Shown: positions 1 to 8,487 of the stretch, in pieces | Layout of the letters: every line of letters begins with the position of its first letter | Numbering within the stretch: the stretch's first letter is position 1 | IMG/VR virus record: IMGVR_UViG_3300014208_000027 | Coordinates: 1 to 64,000 of that record | From: a virus | Taxonomy: Duplodnaviria > Caudoviricetes | Direction: 5' to 3' (one strand) | Length of the DNA: 64,000 nt | The notes under the pieces: model-generated | What the model saw: only the letters and a program-made list of their open reading frames with translations | What the model was told of the DNA's origin: nothing | Database searches by the model: none | Program-made: the position numbers and the translations under genes

Positions 1-1
1 A

Positions 2-373
2 GGTTTTATTAGAGAGTTTCAAAATAAAGTTAATTGGTATGAGATTCCCTATCGTCAAACTTTAAGCGAAGGTTTTATTAGAGAATTCCAAAATAAAGTT
101 CATTGGATTGATATTTCCCATTATCAAACTTTAAGCGAAGGTTTTATTAGAGAGTTTCAAAATAAAGTTAATTGGGCTAATATTTCCTATTATCAAACTT
201 TAAGCGAAGGTTTTATTAGAGAGTTTCAAAATAAAGTTAGTTGGGATAGGATTTCCTATTATCAAACTTTAAGCGAAGGTTTTATTAGAGAGTTTCAAAC
301 TAAAGTTGATTGGGATTATATTTCCAAAAACGACAATATTTCTAATGAAGTAAAAGAAGTGTTTAGGAAATAG
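2..373 (+). CDS. Trp-repeat protein copy A (5' end outside window); 23-aa repeats
   Basis: Own translation from nt 2: units xWxxISxxQTLSEGFIREFQNKV with 69-bp period (32,101,170,239), cap at 308, TAG at 371-373; not in ORF track because it has no start. Confidence 0.85.
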   Translation, partial: GFIREFQNKVNWYEIPYRQTLSEGFIREFQNKVHWIDISHYQTLSEGFIREFQNKVNWANISYYQTLSEGFIREFQNKVSWDRISYYQTLSEGFIREFQTKVDWDYISKNDNISNEVKEVFRK

Positions 374-387
374 GGCAGGTTTTAGAG

Positions 388-415
388 TTGACAAAGCATA
401 AAATCATGTCACAAT
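388..415 (+). promoter_or_regulatory. sigma70-type promoter TTGACA-16-CACAAT (sister copies at 2893-2920 and 4778-4805)
   Basis: Three near-identical copies TTGACAARGYATRAAAYCMTGTCAYAAT. Confidence 0.75.
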
Positions 416-448
416 AGAATGGTAGGGAAGAAAAAGGAAAAGATAAAA

Positions 449-601
449 ATGGAAAAGTGGTATGAATGGAGATGCATTGATGTTGCGACAAAGTCTTGTT
501 TGCTTGGCGTTGTTGTGGCGCGAACAAAAAAAGAAGCACAGTTTTTTGCTAATCAACAATTTTCTATTCCTTGCTTTGTTCTAAAAGGAAAGCTCCGATA
601 A
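449..601 (+). CDS. Small hypothetical protein
   Basis: ORF track 419..601; start moved to ATG after AAGGA. Confidence 0.6.
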   Translation: MEKWYEWRCIDVATKSCLLGVVVARTKKEAQFFANQQFSIPCFVLKGKLR

Positions 602-602
602 A

Positions 603-1880
603 ATGTCCGCTAAAAATATTGATGTTGACATTATTGAAAAAATTACTCCTTCTAAACCGGAACCTACTCAAGAACAAATAGATTCTTTTGATATTCGTAA
701 GTATTGTGTAAGTCTTCTTATGGATGAACCATTTTTCGCAGCATTATCTCGTAGAATAGATAAAATTTCTTCTTCTAGTTGCCCTACAGCAGGGGTAAGA
801 TTTAATAAATCTAAACAAAATTTTGAACTTGTTTATAATCCCAAATTTTTTCTATCCCTAGAAAATGGCACTCAATGTAGAGCAATTTTATTGCACGAGT
901 ATTATCACATTATTTTTGGGCATGTAACAGATAGAGGTCCAGGTGGATTTAAGGCAAATGGTTATGCCGGCGAAACAGTTTCTCAAATGTGGAATTATGC
1001 TGCTGACTTATCAATCAATTCTTTTTTGAAGGATATGCTACCACCTGACTTTGGTCTTGTACCAGGAAAACACCCTTTTGAGAATTATCCTTTGAATTTA
1101 AGTGCTGAACAGTATTATGAAATGATTAAAAAAGATCCTAATATCAAAAAAGTATACGTTTCATCGGATAGTGCTGGTGATCATTCTATGTGGGATGAAG
1201 ATGAAAATGGAAACCCTATAGATCAATCGACTAGAGAGCAAATTAACGAACAAATAAAAAATATTCTTGGTAAGGCTGTTAATGAATGCGCTAATAAAAA
1301 TTCATGGGGGACAGTTTCGGAAAGTTTAAGAAAAGATATTTTATCAAGGCTATCTTCTTTTGTTAATTGGAAGAATGTTCTACGTTATTTTATTAAGCAA
1401 AGTGTACGAAGTAGCAAAAGTAGTTCTATCAAAAAAATAAATAAAAGGTTTCCTTATATTCATGCTGGTAAAAAGACAAATAGAACAGCTAACATTGCAG
1501 TATCTATTGATCAATCGGGTTCAGTGTCAGATAATCTTTTAATGCAATTTTTCTCAGAATTAAATAAATTATCAGAATTAGCAAGTTTTACAGTAATTCC
1601 CTTCGATCATGAAGTAGCAATAGATAAAATTTATATTTGGAAAAAAGGAAAACATCAAAATTGTGAAAGAGTCTTAACAGGTGGTACAAATTTTGATGCA
1701 CCTACACAATATGTAAATGAGCATAGATTTGATGGTCATATAGTTTTAACTGATATGTGTGCTCCAAAGCCTATTGATTCAAAATGCCAAAGAATTTGGT
1801 TGACTACAACTGAAATTGCTGCAAAACCATATTTTGATACGAATGAAATAATTGTTCCTATTCCTGTTGTAGGAGATTGA
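603..1880 (+). CDS. DUF2201-type metallopeptidase-like + VWA domain protein (MoxR partner)
   Basis: LHEYYH (HExxH); DQSGS MIDAS, GGTNFD, VLTD in C-terminal VWA. Confidence 0.85.
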   Translation: MSAKNIDVDIIEKITPSKPEPTQEQIDSFDIRKYCVSLLMDEPFFAALSRRIDKISSSSCPTAGVRFNKSKQNFELVYNPKFFLSLENGTQCRAILLHEYYHIIFGHVTDRGPGGFKANGYAGETVSQMWNYAADLSINSFLKDMLPPDFGLVPGKHPFENYPLNLSAEQYYEMIKKDPNIKKVYVSSDSAGDHSMWDEDENGNPIDQSTREQINEQIKNILGKAVNECANKNSWGTVSESLRKDILSRLSSFVNWKNVLRYFIKQSVRSSKSSSIKKINKRFPYIHAGKKTNRTANIAVSIDQSGSVSDNLLMQFFSELNKLSELASFTVIPFDHEVAIDKIYIWKKGKHQNCERVLTGGTNFDAPTQYVNEHRFDGHIVLTDMCAPKPIDSKCQRIWLTTTEIAAKPYFDTNEIIVPIPVVGD

Positions 1881-1904
1881 CTTTTTCTGTCTGCAAGCTA
1901 GGAT
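1877..1904 (+). promoter_or_regulatory. Promoter TTGACT-16-TAGGAT, leaderless start at 1911
   Basis: ATG 7 nt after -10 hexamer; no SD. Confidence 0.65.
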
Positions 1905-1910
1905 CTAATC

Positions 1911-2273
1911 ATGACAAACCAAACATACCAAAAGTGGATGGCAGCATTAAAATTTAGTTGTGTTCCTATGACTGAAGATGAAATTGTAGAACATCAAAAT
2001 GCTGTAGAATGGTTTACTATTTTTGAAAAACAAAAGTTATCCGAAGGTTTTATTCGTAAATTTTACAATAAAGTGAATGTTGACTTTTTAGCAAGTAATG
2101 ATAAAAATGCAGTTGAGAAGGCCATAAGAGCAAATTTAACATTAATTTCCCACTATCAAGTGTTGAGTGAAGTATTTATTAGAGAATTTCAAGATATTTT
2201 GTGCTGGGATAATATTTTTTGGTATCAAAATCTTTCTAGTGAATTTATAAAAGAATTTTCTCATAAAAATTAA
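1911..2273 (+). CDS. Divergent Trp-repeat family protein
   Basis: QKLSEGFIRKF, YQVLSEVFIREF, YQNLSSEFIKEF units. Confidence 0.75.
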   Translation: MTNQTYQKWMAALKFSCVPMTEDEIVEHQNAVEWFTIFEKQKLSEGFIRKFYNKVNVDFLASNDKNAVEKAIRANLTLISHYQVLSEVFIREFQDILCWDNIFWYQNLSSEFIKEFSHKN

Positions 2274-2281
2274 GTTTCGTT

Positions 2282-2890
2282 ATGACAAATAAACTTAAAA
2301 TTGGTGATCTGGTAGAGTTCAAAAACAATCATCTTGTTGTTTTAGAATTCTTAACTTTAGAAGGTAAAGAGGAATATCCTTCCATTGAAATTATAAAAGT
2401 TATAGAATATCCTAATAATACGATTGGAATATATGAAATAAAAAATAATAAGGTTCAAAATAAAGTTGATTGGATAGATATTTCCTATTATCAAACTTTA
2501 AGCGAAGGTTTTATTAGAGAGTTTCAAAATAAAGTTGATTGGGATAATATTTCCTCTCGTCAAACTTTAAGCGAAGGTTTTATTAGAGAGTTTCAAAATA
2601 AAGTTGATTGGATTGAGATTTCCTATTATCAAACTTTAAGCGAAGGTTTTATTAGAGAGTTTCAAAATAAAGTTGATTGGATTAATATTTCCTATTATCA
2701 AACTTTAAGCGAAGGTTTTGTTAGAGAATTCCAAACTAAAGTTAATTGGTATGATATTTCCTATCGTCAAACCTTAAGCGAAGGTTTTGTTAGAGAGTTT
2801 CAAAATAAAGTTAAATGGGGTAATATTTCCAAAAACTATAAAATATCTAATGAAATTAAGAAGATGTTTAGAAAAGAAGGAAAATTCTAG
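2282..2890 (+). CDS. Trp-repeat protein copy B: N-terminal small beta-domain + five 23-aa repeats + cap
   Basis: Repeats 2468-2812 with 69-bp period; resembles 'tryptophan repeat' family first named in entomopoxvirus (from memory). Confidence 0.85.
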   Translation: MTNKLKIGDLVEFKNNHLVVLEFLTLEGKEEYPSIEIIKVIEYPNNTIGIYEIKNNKVQNKVDWIDISYYQTLSEGFIREFQNKVDWDNISSRQTLSEGFIREFQNKVDWIEISYYQTLSEGFIREFQNKVDWINISYYQTLSEGFVREFQTKVNWYDISYRQTLSEGFVREFQNKVKWGNISKNYKISNEIKKMFRKEGKF

Positions 2891-2953
2891 AGTTGACAAA
2901 GTATGAAATCCTGTCATAATAAAATGGTAGGGAAGAAAAAGGAAAAGATAAAA

Positions 2954-3217
2954 ATGGAAAAGTGGTATCGACCTGGGCATTTGGAAGAAATAAATAAAAA
3001 GAACTAAGAGATTCGAGAAACAATTGATAATATTCCCGAGGATAGAAAACAAGTGGTTATAAACCATATGAAAAATCTTCTTTTACTAGAAGACCCAAAG
3101 AGGAATATAACTCAACAAGATATTCGTGATAACAGTAGTTTATCTAGGGAAGAAAAAGTGCTTTTGGCGCATTTATTTGAAGAATATATTAAAAATTCCA
3201 AAAAAGGAAAGGAATAA
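2954..3217 (+). pseudogene. Chimeric ORF with in-frame TAA (3005-3007); 3' part paralogous to 3222..3455
   Basis: MEKWYRPGHLEEINKKN*EIRETIDNIPEDRKQVVINH... vs IFDNIPEDRKQAVINH. Confidence 0.7.
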
Positions 3218-3221
3218 ATAA

Positions 3222-3455
3222 ATGAGTAAGTGGAACAAAACAAGAGAATTAAAACAAAAAACTCAAAAAATATTTGATAATATTCCCGAGGATAGGAAAC
3301 AAGCAGTGATAAATCACGCTGAAAAATTATTGGAATTTGAAGGTAAAGATAGCTTCTCTCAAGAAATTGTTGACGAAAACAAAAGTCTTTCTAGTGAAGA
3401 AAAGTTATTTTTGGCTGAAGTAATCGATAATATTTTTGAGGAAAGGAATAAATAA
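3222..3455 (+). CDS. Hypothetical protein
   Basis: ORF with SD AAGGA; paralog immediately upstream. Confidence 0.75.
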   Translation: MSKWNKTRELKQKTQKIFDNIPEDRKQAVINHAEKLLEFEGKDSFSQEIVDENKSLSSEEKLFLAEVIDNIFEERNK

Positions 3456-4520
3456 GTGTCTATTTCTTTTGAAGCTTTGAACAAGTGTATCGATTCTGTT
3501 ATTGAGACAAGGTTTCCAATTTTGCTTCGCTCTGCTCATGGGCAAGGGAAGTCTTCGCTAGTATATCAAATAGGCGAACGTCTAAACCTCCAAGTGATAG
3601 AGCGTAGGGCCAGTCAAATGACCGAAGGTGACCTTCTAGGTCTTCCTAAGGTTGAGAATGATAGGACTACTTGGCTACCACCTGACTGGTTTGCTGTTGC
3701 CTGTGAACAGCCTGTAATCCTTTTTATCGATGAACTTGACCGGGCTACCCAAGAGGTTCGTCAAGGTTTCTTTGAGCTAGCAGATTCTAGAAAGATTGCT
3801 GGGCATACTTTGCACCCTGACACGATTATTTTTGCTGCTGTTAATGGTGGCGAACATGTTGCGCATTATCAAGTTGGTGAGATGGATCCGGCTGAGCTTG
3901 ACAGGTGGGTAACCTTCGATCTTGAGCCTACCATTGAAGACTGGCTTACTTGGGGAAAAAATAAAATAAATTCTTTAATTTGGGATTTTATTAACGAAAA
4001 TCACCAACATCTTGAGCATAAAGGTAATTTTGAGCCTAACAAAGTTTATCCTTCTCGAAGAAGTTGGCATAGGCTATCAGATGCGTTCAAAAATGTTAAA
4101 GATTTTTCAGAATATGTAAAATCTAATAATAATTTTTATAACTTAACTAAGGCTTTTATTGGCCTTGAAGGAGCAATTGCGTTGCAAGATTTTGTAAAGA
4201 ATTATAATAAGGCTGTAACAGTAGAAAATATCCTAGAAGAGGGAAAAATTAAATTAACAGAAAACTGGGGAATTCCAGAACATACAGCATTCGTTGAAAA
4301 GTTAAATTCCGTTTGGTCTGATAATAAACCTTTCTCAGATAAAAGAATTAAAAATCTTGCAAAATATTTTATGAAATTACCAGCAGAACCCGCTAGTAAG
4401 GTTTATGCAGATCTAAGCAAGGCCAATATCGAAGTTATGAGAAGTTTGCACCTTCAACCTGGAGTTAAAGCACGGTTAATCGAAATTCACACTAAAGAAA
4501 TCGAACTAAATTCAAAATGA
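3456..4520 (+). CDS. MoxR-like AAA+ ATPase
   Basis: Walker A variant SAHGQGKS, Walker B FIDELDR, MDPAELDRW. Confidence 0.85.
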   Translation: MSISFEALNKCIDSVIETRFPILLRSAHGQGKSSLVYQIGERLNLQVIERRASQMTEGDLLGLPKVENDRTTWLPPDWFAVACEQPVILFIDELDRATQEVRQGFFELADSRKIAGHTLHPDTIIFAAVNGGEHVAHYQVGEMDPAELDRWVTFDLEPTIEDWLTWGKNKINSLIWDFINENHQHLEHKGNFEPNKVYPSRRSWHRLSDAFKNVKDFSEYVKSNNNFYNLTKAFIGLEGAIALQDFVKNYNKAVTVENILEEGKIKLTENWGIPEHTAFVEKLNSVWSDNKPFSDKRIKNLAKYFMKLPAEPASKVYADLSKANIEVMRSLHLQPGVKARLIEIHTKEIELNSK

Positions 4521-4540
4521 TTTTTTTCTACTTTCCTACC

Positions 4541-4568
4541 TTGCTTTTCTCCTTTCACCTGCTATAGT
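4541..4568 (+). promoter_or_regulatory. Promoter TTGCTT-16-TATAGT, leaderless start at 4575; 26/28 identical to promoter at 27416-27443(-)
   Basis: Direct comparison of the two sequences. Confidence 0.75.
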
Positions 4569-4574
4569 TTCAAT

Positions 4575-4781
4575 ATGTCAAATAAACTTGAAATCGGAAC
4601 GTTAGTTAAAATAAAAGAAAATACTTATGGATATTCTGAATATCTAAAATTTAATAATCAAATTGGTGTTATTATTGAATATGGGAAGATTGGTAGGCAA
4701 GGACAATTATATCAAGTTGTGGTTTTTAATGATTTTACTAGGTGTCCTTTATACGAGGATGCTTTTACGATTTTAGATTGA
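4575..4781 (+). CDS. Small SH3/KOW-like protein
   Basis: MSNKLEIGTLVKI start, 68 aa, beta-rich. Confidence 0.65.
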   Translation: MSNKLEIGTLVKIKENTYGYSEYLKFNNQIGVIIEYGKIGRQGQLYQVVVFNDFTRCPLYEDAFTILD

Positions 4782-4844
4782 CAAGGCATGAAACCATGTC
4801 ATAATAGAATGGTAAGGCAAGAAAAAAATAAATTGGAAAGGAAA

Positions 4845-5261
4845 ATGAAAATGAGCGAGAATCAAAATGTTTCTACTGTTGAATTCGTCAAGGTCAAGCG
4901 TAATCGAAAGTCAGGCGGCAAGGTTACGTGTAAGATTTGTGGTAAGTTAGGCCATATGGCAAAGACCTGCTCGGAGAATCCCGACCGGACTGTTAAGATT
5001 GAAAAAGTTGCCAAGGTAAAGAAAAATAGTTTGTATAAAGAATATTTAACCCTTGATGAAATTAAAGTTGTAGAATCGTTTAGAGCAATGCAGCAAGAAA
5101 TTTCTGTTGAAAAAAATGATTTTAATCTTGCTAAAAAAGTAGCTAGCCATCTAAATCAGTTAGATGAATTAGAACAATCTACTAAGGATTCTCAACTAGT
5201 TCAATCTGACAATGCCGCTGTACTAGCTGAGATCCTTGCCGAAACTGGTAAACTTTTCTAG
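4845..5261 (+). CDS. CCHC zinc-knuckle protein
   Basis: CKICGKLGHMAKTC = C-x2-C-x4-H-x4-C after basic stretch; start moved to ATG after GAAAGGA. Confidence 0.75.
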   Translation: MKMSENQNVSTVEFVKVKRNRKSGGKVTCKICGKLGHMAKTCSENPDRTVKIEKVAKVKKNSLYKEYLTLDEIKVVESFRAMQQEISVEKNDFNLAKKVASHLNQLDELEQSTKDSQLVQSDNAAVLAEILAETGKLF

Positions 5262-5430
5262 GCACAAAATAAATAAACTTTCCTACTTGACATTCCTTCC
5301 CTACCTGTCATAATAAATTAAAGAATCAAACAACAAAGGAAAACAAAAATGACATTAAGTCTTATATTTCAGAAGTGTTTCACAATGTTTTGAATATTGA
5401 GGCTGATTAAACAAAAAACAGAATAGCCTA

Positions 5431-5459
5431 TTGACAGATTAGTTTGGATCGTTCATAAT
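5431..5459 (+). promoter_or_regulatory. Promoter TTGACA-17-CATAAT (similar ones at 5287-5314, 7014-7041, 7707-7734, 8092-8120, 9011-9039)
   Basis: -35/-10 hexamers with 16-17 nt spacers ahead of successive small genes. Confidence 0.7.
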
Positions 5460-5524
5460 CTAAGGGTAGGCGAGAAAAAAAGTTTTCCAAACCTGCCTTA
5501 ACAGGCAAGAAAGTGAAATGAAAA

Positions 5525-6556
5525 ATGGCGCATATGATCGAGAATGCAGCTTTTCGTGGTGGCGCGCAAACCGCTTGGCATAAGCTTGGCAATGAAATCA
5601 CATTTGATACAGCCGTCGAAAATTTGGCAGTATGTGGCCTTGACTGGCATGCACAAGTTGAGCAAGCTTTTGCATACAATTCAAACCTCGATAGGTATTC
5701 ACCTATTGACGGCGCCTACAGTGTGAACCGATATAATGCAAGTAATAATTTCATGAATGCGGTTTCAGTTGTAGGTGGACGATTTACTGTTATGCAACCC
5801 GCAGAGCTTGCCCAATTTGGCGATACTATTTGTGAGGCGTCTAATGGTAAAGCTATGCTCGAAACCGGTGGGTGCCTTGACAACGGTCGAAAAGTTTGGT
5901 TCCTATTCAAACACAATGGCGTTCAACAATTTCAAGGAGATAGTAGCGCATTCCAAAATTATTTCTTGCTATGGACTGGCCTTGACGGTAGCACGCCTAC
6001 TGAGATCCTTTTAACGCCTACTAGGGTAGTATGCAACAATACACTTTCTCTAGCTGTAAAGGGTGCGCAACGCAAAATTAGTGTAAGACATACACAGTCT
6101 GGTCATACTCGTCTTGCCGAAGCGGTACGTGTGCTAGGATCTGCCGATAATTACTTTAACAAATTTAATGAGTTGTACAATACGCTTACAAACAAGGCGT
6201 TTACTAAGCCACAATTCGAAATGTTAGTAAAATTACTTATGCCTGCTAAAGATGAAAATGATGTGTCTACGCGAACAAAAAATAATCGTGCCAACTTGCT
6301 TGCACAATGGGATACTACTCCAGGTGCTATGCCGGGGACTGCCGCAGGCGCCATTAACGCAATTAGTTACTACGAGGAACACTTGAGCCCTACTCGCGGA
6401 GTCGAAGGAAATCAGTTACTTGAACGCCGTGCCGAAAATAGCGTATCGTTGACCATGACTCAATCTGCTCTAGATCTTGTATTAGCCGCTACACTTGAAC
6501 AACGTAATCTAAACTCTATTAGTTCTAGCACGCCACTACTTAACTCGCTTCTTTAA
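5525..6556 (+). CDS. DUF932 family phage/plasmid-like protein
   Basis: MAHMIE..AWHKLG start, ETGGCLDNGRKVW, TPTRVVCNNTL. Confidence 0.85.
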   Translation: MAHMIENAAFRGGAQTAWHKLGNEITFDTAVENLAVCGLDWHAQVEQAFAYNSNLDRYSPIDGAYSVNRYNASNNFMNAVSVVGGRFTVMQPAELAQFGDTICEASNGKAMLETGGCLDNGRKVWFLFKHNGVQQFQGDSSAFQNYFLLWTGLDGSTPTEILLTPTRVVCNNTLSLAVKGAQRKISVRHTQSGHTRLAEAVRVLGSADNYFNKFNELYNTLTNKAFTKPQFEMLVKLLMPAKDENDVSTRTKNNRANLLAQWDTTPGAMPGTAAGAINAISYYEEHLSPTRGVEGNQLLERRAENSVSLTMTQSALDLVLAATLEQRNLNSISSSTPLLNSLL

Positions 6557-6581
6557 CATCTTGAAAGGTAAGGTGAATTTT

Positions 6582-6785
6582 ATGAAAGTATTTTTTGATG
6601 TTGTAAAAACAGAATGTTGGCCCGCCCAATGGTATGGAGGCCCAGTGTTCGTTGGGCAAAAAATGTCTAATGCAACTTGCTATTACTGGAGATCTTTTGA
6701 TAGTGCAAAAAAGTATTGTAATGAGCAGAATGATCATCTAAATCATTTGTTAATTGGACGCGAGGGAGATCATGAGATCCTTTAA
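6582..6785 (+). CDS. Hypothetical protein
   Basis: ORF 6561..6785, start moved to ATG after AAGGT. Confidence 0.6.
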   Translation: MKVFFDVVKTECWPAQWYGGPVFVGQKMSNATCYYWRSFDSAKKYCNEQNDHLNHLLIGREGDHEIL

Positions 6786-6951
6786 TGTGAATGATATTCA
6801 ATACATAATGACTTGCGAGGGTAACAAATATTTTGTTAGGCGCGATTACACTTTCGAAAATAATGACCGCGTTGACCCGATAACCAAGGAGCAAGTAAAA
6901 TACTTCTTGGCCTCCGACAAGGAGAGTGATTATGCGTCGCAAAGTAATTAA
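6772..6951 (+). CDS. Hypothetical protein
   Basis: ATG after GAGGGAG, overlaps upstream stop. Confidence 0.55.
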   Translation: MRSFNVNDIQYIMTCEGNKYFVRRDYTFENNDRVDPITKEQVKYFLASDKESDYASQSN

Positions 6952-7073
6952 GATCATTATTCGCAAGTAGTTTCAACGCTTTACAACTTTCTTCACTGCA
7001 ATAAAAATAAAACTTGCATTGTACCCAAACCGTGCTATTATTAATCATGGTCAATCAAACAGGGGAATAAAAA

Positions 7074-7253
7074 ATGCCGACAAACGTGGAACTAGATGCA
7101 ATCATTGACGAGGAAGAACGTGAAATGCTTCAGGATTGGCGCGACAAGGTAGCAGAGATGAGTCACGCCGATTTAGTTCAGGCGTTTTGCAATTGCAAGG
7201 GGAAGTATAAAGCGATTGCCCGTCGTCAAATGAAAAAGGAAGGGATTATCTAA
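7074..7253 (+). CDS. Hypothetical protein (59 aa, below track cut-off)
   Basis: Own translation MPTNVELDAIIDEEER...; SD AGGGGA. Confidence 0.65.
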   Translation: MPTNVELDAIIDEEEREMLQDWRDKVAEMSHADLVQAFCNCKGKYKAIARRQMKKEGII

Positions 7254-7254
7254 T

Positions 7255-7458
7255 ATGACATGGAAACTGGTAGAGCGCACCGAACGCTATGACGTTTATT
7301 TTTCTACCATCGGCGAGTGGTTCCTAGTCGACGCAAACGATATGCCAGATCAACATGATGTTGGCCTGTTGACATATCAGGAAGCCGTGGCAGAATATCA
7401 TGGCTGGAATGATTTACTAGCGCGAGAAGCCGGCCAGCTTGAACTATTCGCGGCATAG
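7255..7458 (+). CDS. Hypothetical protein
   Basis: ORF track; abuts upstream stop. Confidence 0.65.
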   Translation: MTWKLVERTERYDVYFSTIGEWFLVDANDMPDQHDVGLLTYQEAVAEYHGWNDLLAREAGQLELFAA

Positions 7459-7474
7459 GAAAGGAACTACTCTA

Positions 7475-7654
7475 ATGGATCCAACTGCTTGTCTCAAAAG
7501 GTTAAGGGAGCTTATGGATGAATATAATCGTGGTGAATCGGTTGACTCGCACGAAATAGTTGAATTATTTTATTCACTTGACAAATGGATAACGCGCGGG
7601 GGATCCTTGCCTAAGCAATGGGTCGAGCCCAAAGGTATGTATACTTTTCGATAA
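7475..7654 (+). CDS. Hypothetical protein
   Basis: MDPTACL start after AAGGA. Confidence 0.65.
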   Translation: MDPTACLKRLRELMDEYNRGESVDSHEIVELFYSLDKWITRGGSLPKQWVEPKGMYTFR

Positions 7655-7798
7655 GCGTAACAATATCACAGCCTCATAATAATTCACTAGGCAACAAAAA
7701 TAAAGCTTGCACTATCTTGACACCGTGCTATTATTAGATGTGGTTAATTAGATAAGAGGTAAGGGACTGACGAAACCTCTAGGAAAGGTTGGCGATCT

Positions 7799-8095
7799 AT
7801 GATCTATTCTCCAGTTGATATGGTTAGCGCGCAAGATTCTTACGATAATCTTCAAGAATATCATGATGATATTACTTATGAGCAACTTGATCAAGAGGCG
7901 AGAAAGCATGAACTTTTAGACTTGGCATATTATTTGAATGAACGATTGACGTGTTCGTATTGCTCGGGAACCGGCTGCAATGAATGTTACCGGCCAAAAT
8001 ATGGCGATCCCGTCTCGAAATACCGTGCACTAGATAAGGCCAGCCGAGAAGTTGTTGACGAAATGATTTATTTATTAAAATCACTTAGGTATTGA
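7799..8095 (+). CDS. Hypothetical protein with CxxCxGxGCxxC (DnaJ-like Zn motif)
   Basis: CSYCSGTGCNEC. Confidence 0.6.
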   Translation: MIYSPVDMVSAQDSYDNLQEYHDDITYEQLDQEARKHELLDLAYYLNERLTCSYCSGTGCNECYRPKYGDPVSKYRALDKASREVVDEMIYLLKSLRY

Positions 8096-8166
8096 CTAAT
8101 CAGATTAGATCGATCATAATAATCTTAAGAGGCAAGAAAAAAACAATCAACTCGGAGGTAAGGTAA

Positions 8167-8358
8167 ATGAAGTTTCTACTGTCACTTTCCCTAATACTTT
8201 TGGCATGTTACGGCGGTTATACTCTTTACAAGGGCAATCAAAAAACTGCTGATAAGTCTGCCAAAGTTGGCATGAAATATGCTGGCAAGGTAGCAAAAAA
8301 AACTTTTGATGTGCTATCGAGTGCTGCTAGTGCTGGCGTAAAAGAGGTATCGAAGTGA
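8167..8358 (+). CDS. Small membrane-anchored/secreted protein
   Basis: Hydrophobic N-terminus MKFLLSLSLILLACY; SD GGAGG. Confidence 0.65.
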   Translation: MKFLLSLSLILLACYGGYTLYKGNQKTADKSAKVGMKYAGKVAKKTFDVLSSAASAGVKEVSK

Positions 8359-8487
8359 GTGCAAGCGCGCTACTAATGAATCTAGGTGTTTTTGTGGTAT
8401 GCATCTCACTAGGCTATTTCGTGGTGGGTCCGGTTGTGATGCTTTATCTTGATAGGGATAAAAGGAAATAATACGAAGGGTAGAAAA

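Larger units (their letters stand above)
1..463 (+). repeat. Segment duplicated at 2506-2968 (repeat-gene 3' end + promoter + MEKWY start)
   Basis: Constant 2505-nt offset for cap unit (308/2813), TTGACA (388/2893) and ATG (449/2954). Confidence 0.9.

Noticed and set aside
1-330. CRISPR-like array (regular repeats with variable inserts)
   Set aside because: Period is 69 bp, in frame and protein-coding; variable parts are a few codons, not unique spacers; no cas operon
371-385. TAG recoding (copy A reads RK*GRF* where paralogs read RKEGKF / KKKGKF)
   Set aside because: Long genes are intact in the standard code and many end in TAG; a point nonsense change is simpler
2468-2830. Diversity-generating retroelement target (variable codons are mostly NNT)
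   Set aside because: No reverse transcriptase or template repeat in the window; synonymous adenines in the scaffold (CAA, TTA, AAA, AGA) stay fixed; NNT is expected in AT-rich DNA. Finding an RT plus template repeat elsewhere in the genome would reopen this
5349-5410. Mini-ORF after promoter 5287 and an SD
   Set aside because: Only 14 codons; a better-looking frame lacks a start; cannot be supported as a gene
7755-7780. Hammerhead-like CTGACGA..AAAC in a leader hairpin
   Set aside because: No stem II between CUGANGA and GAAA and no cleavage-site arm; only a 6-bp hairpin
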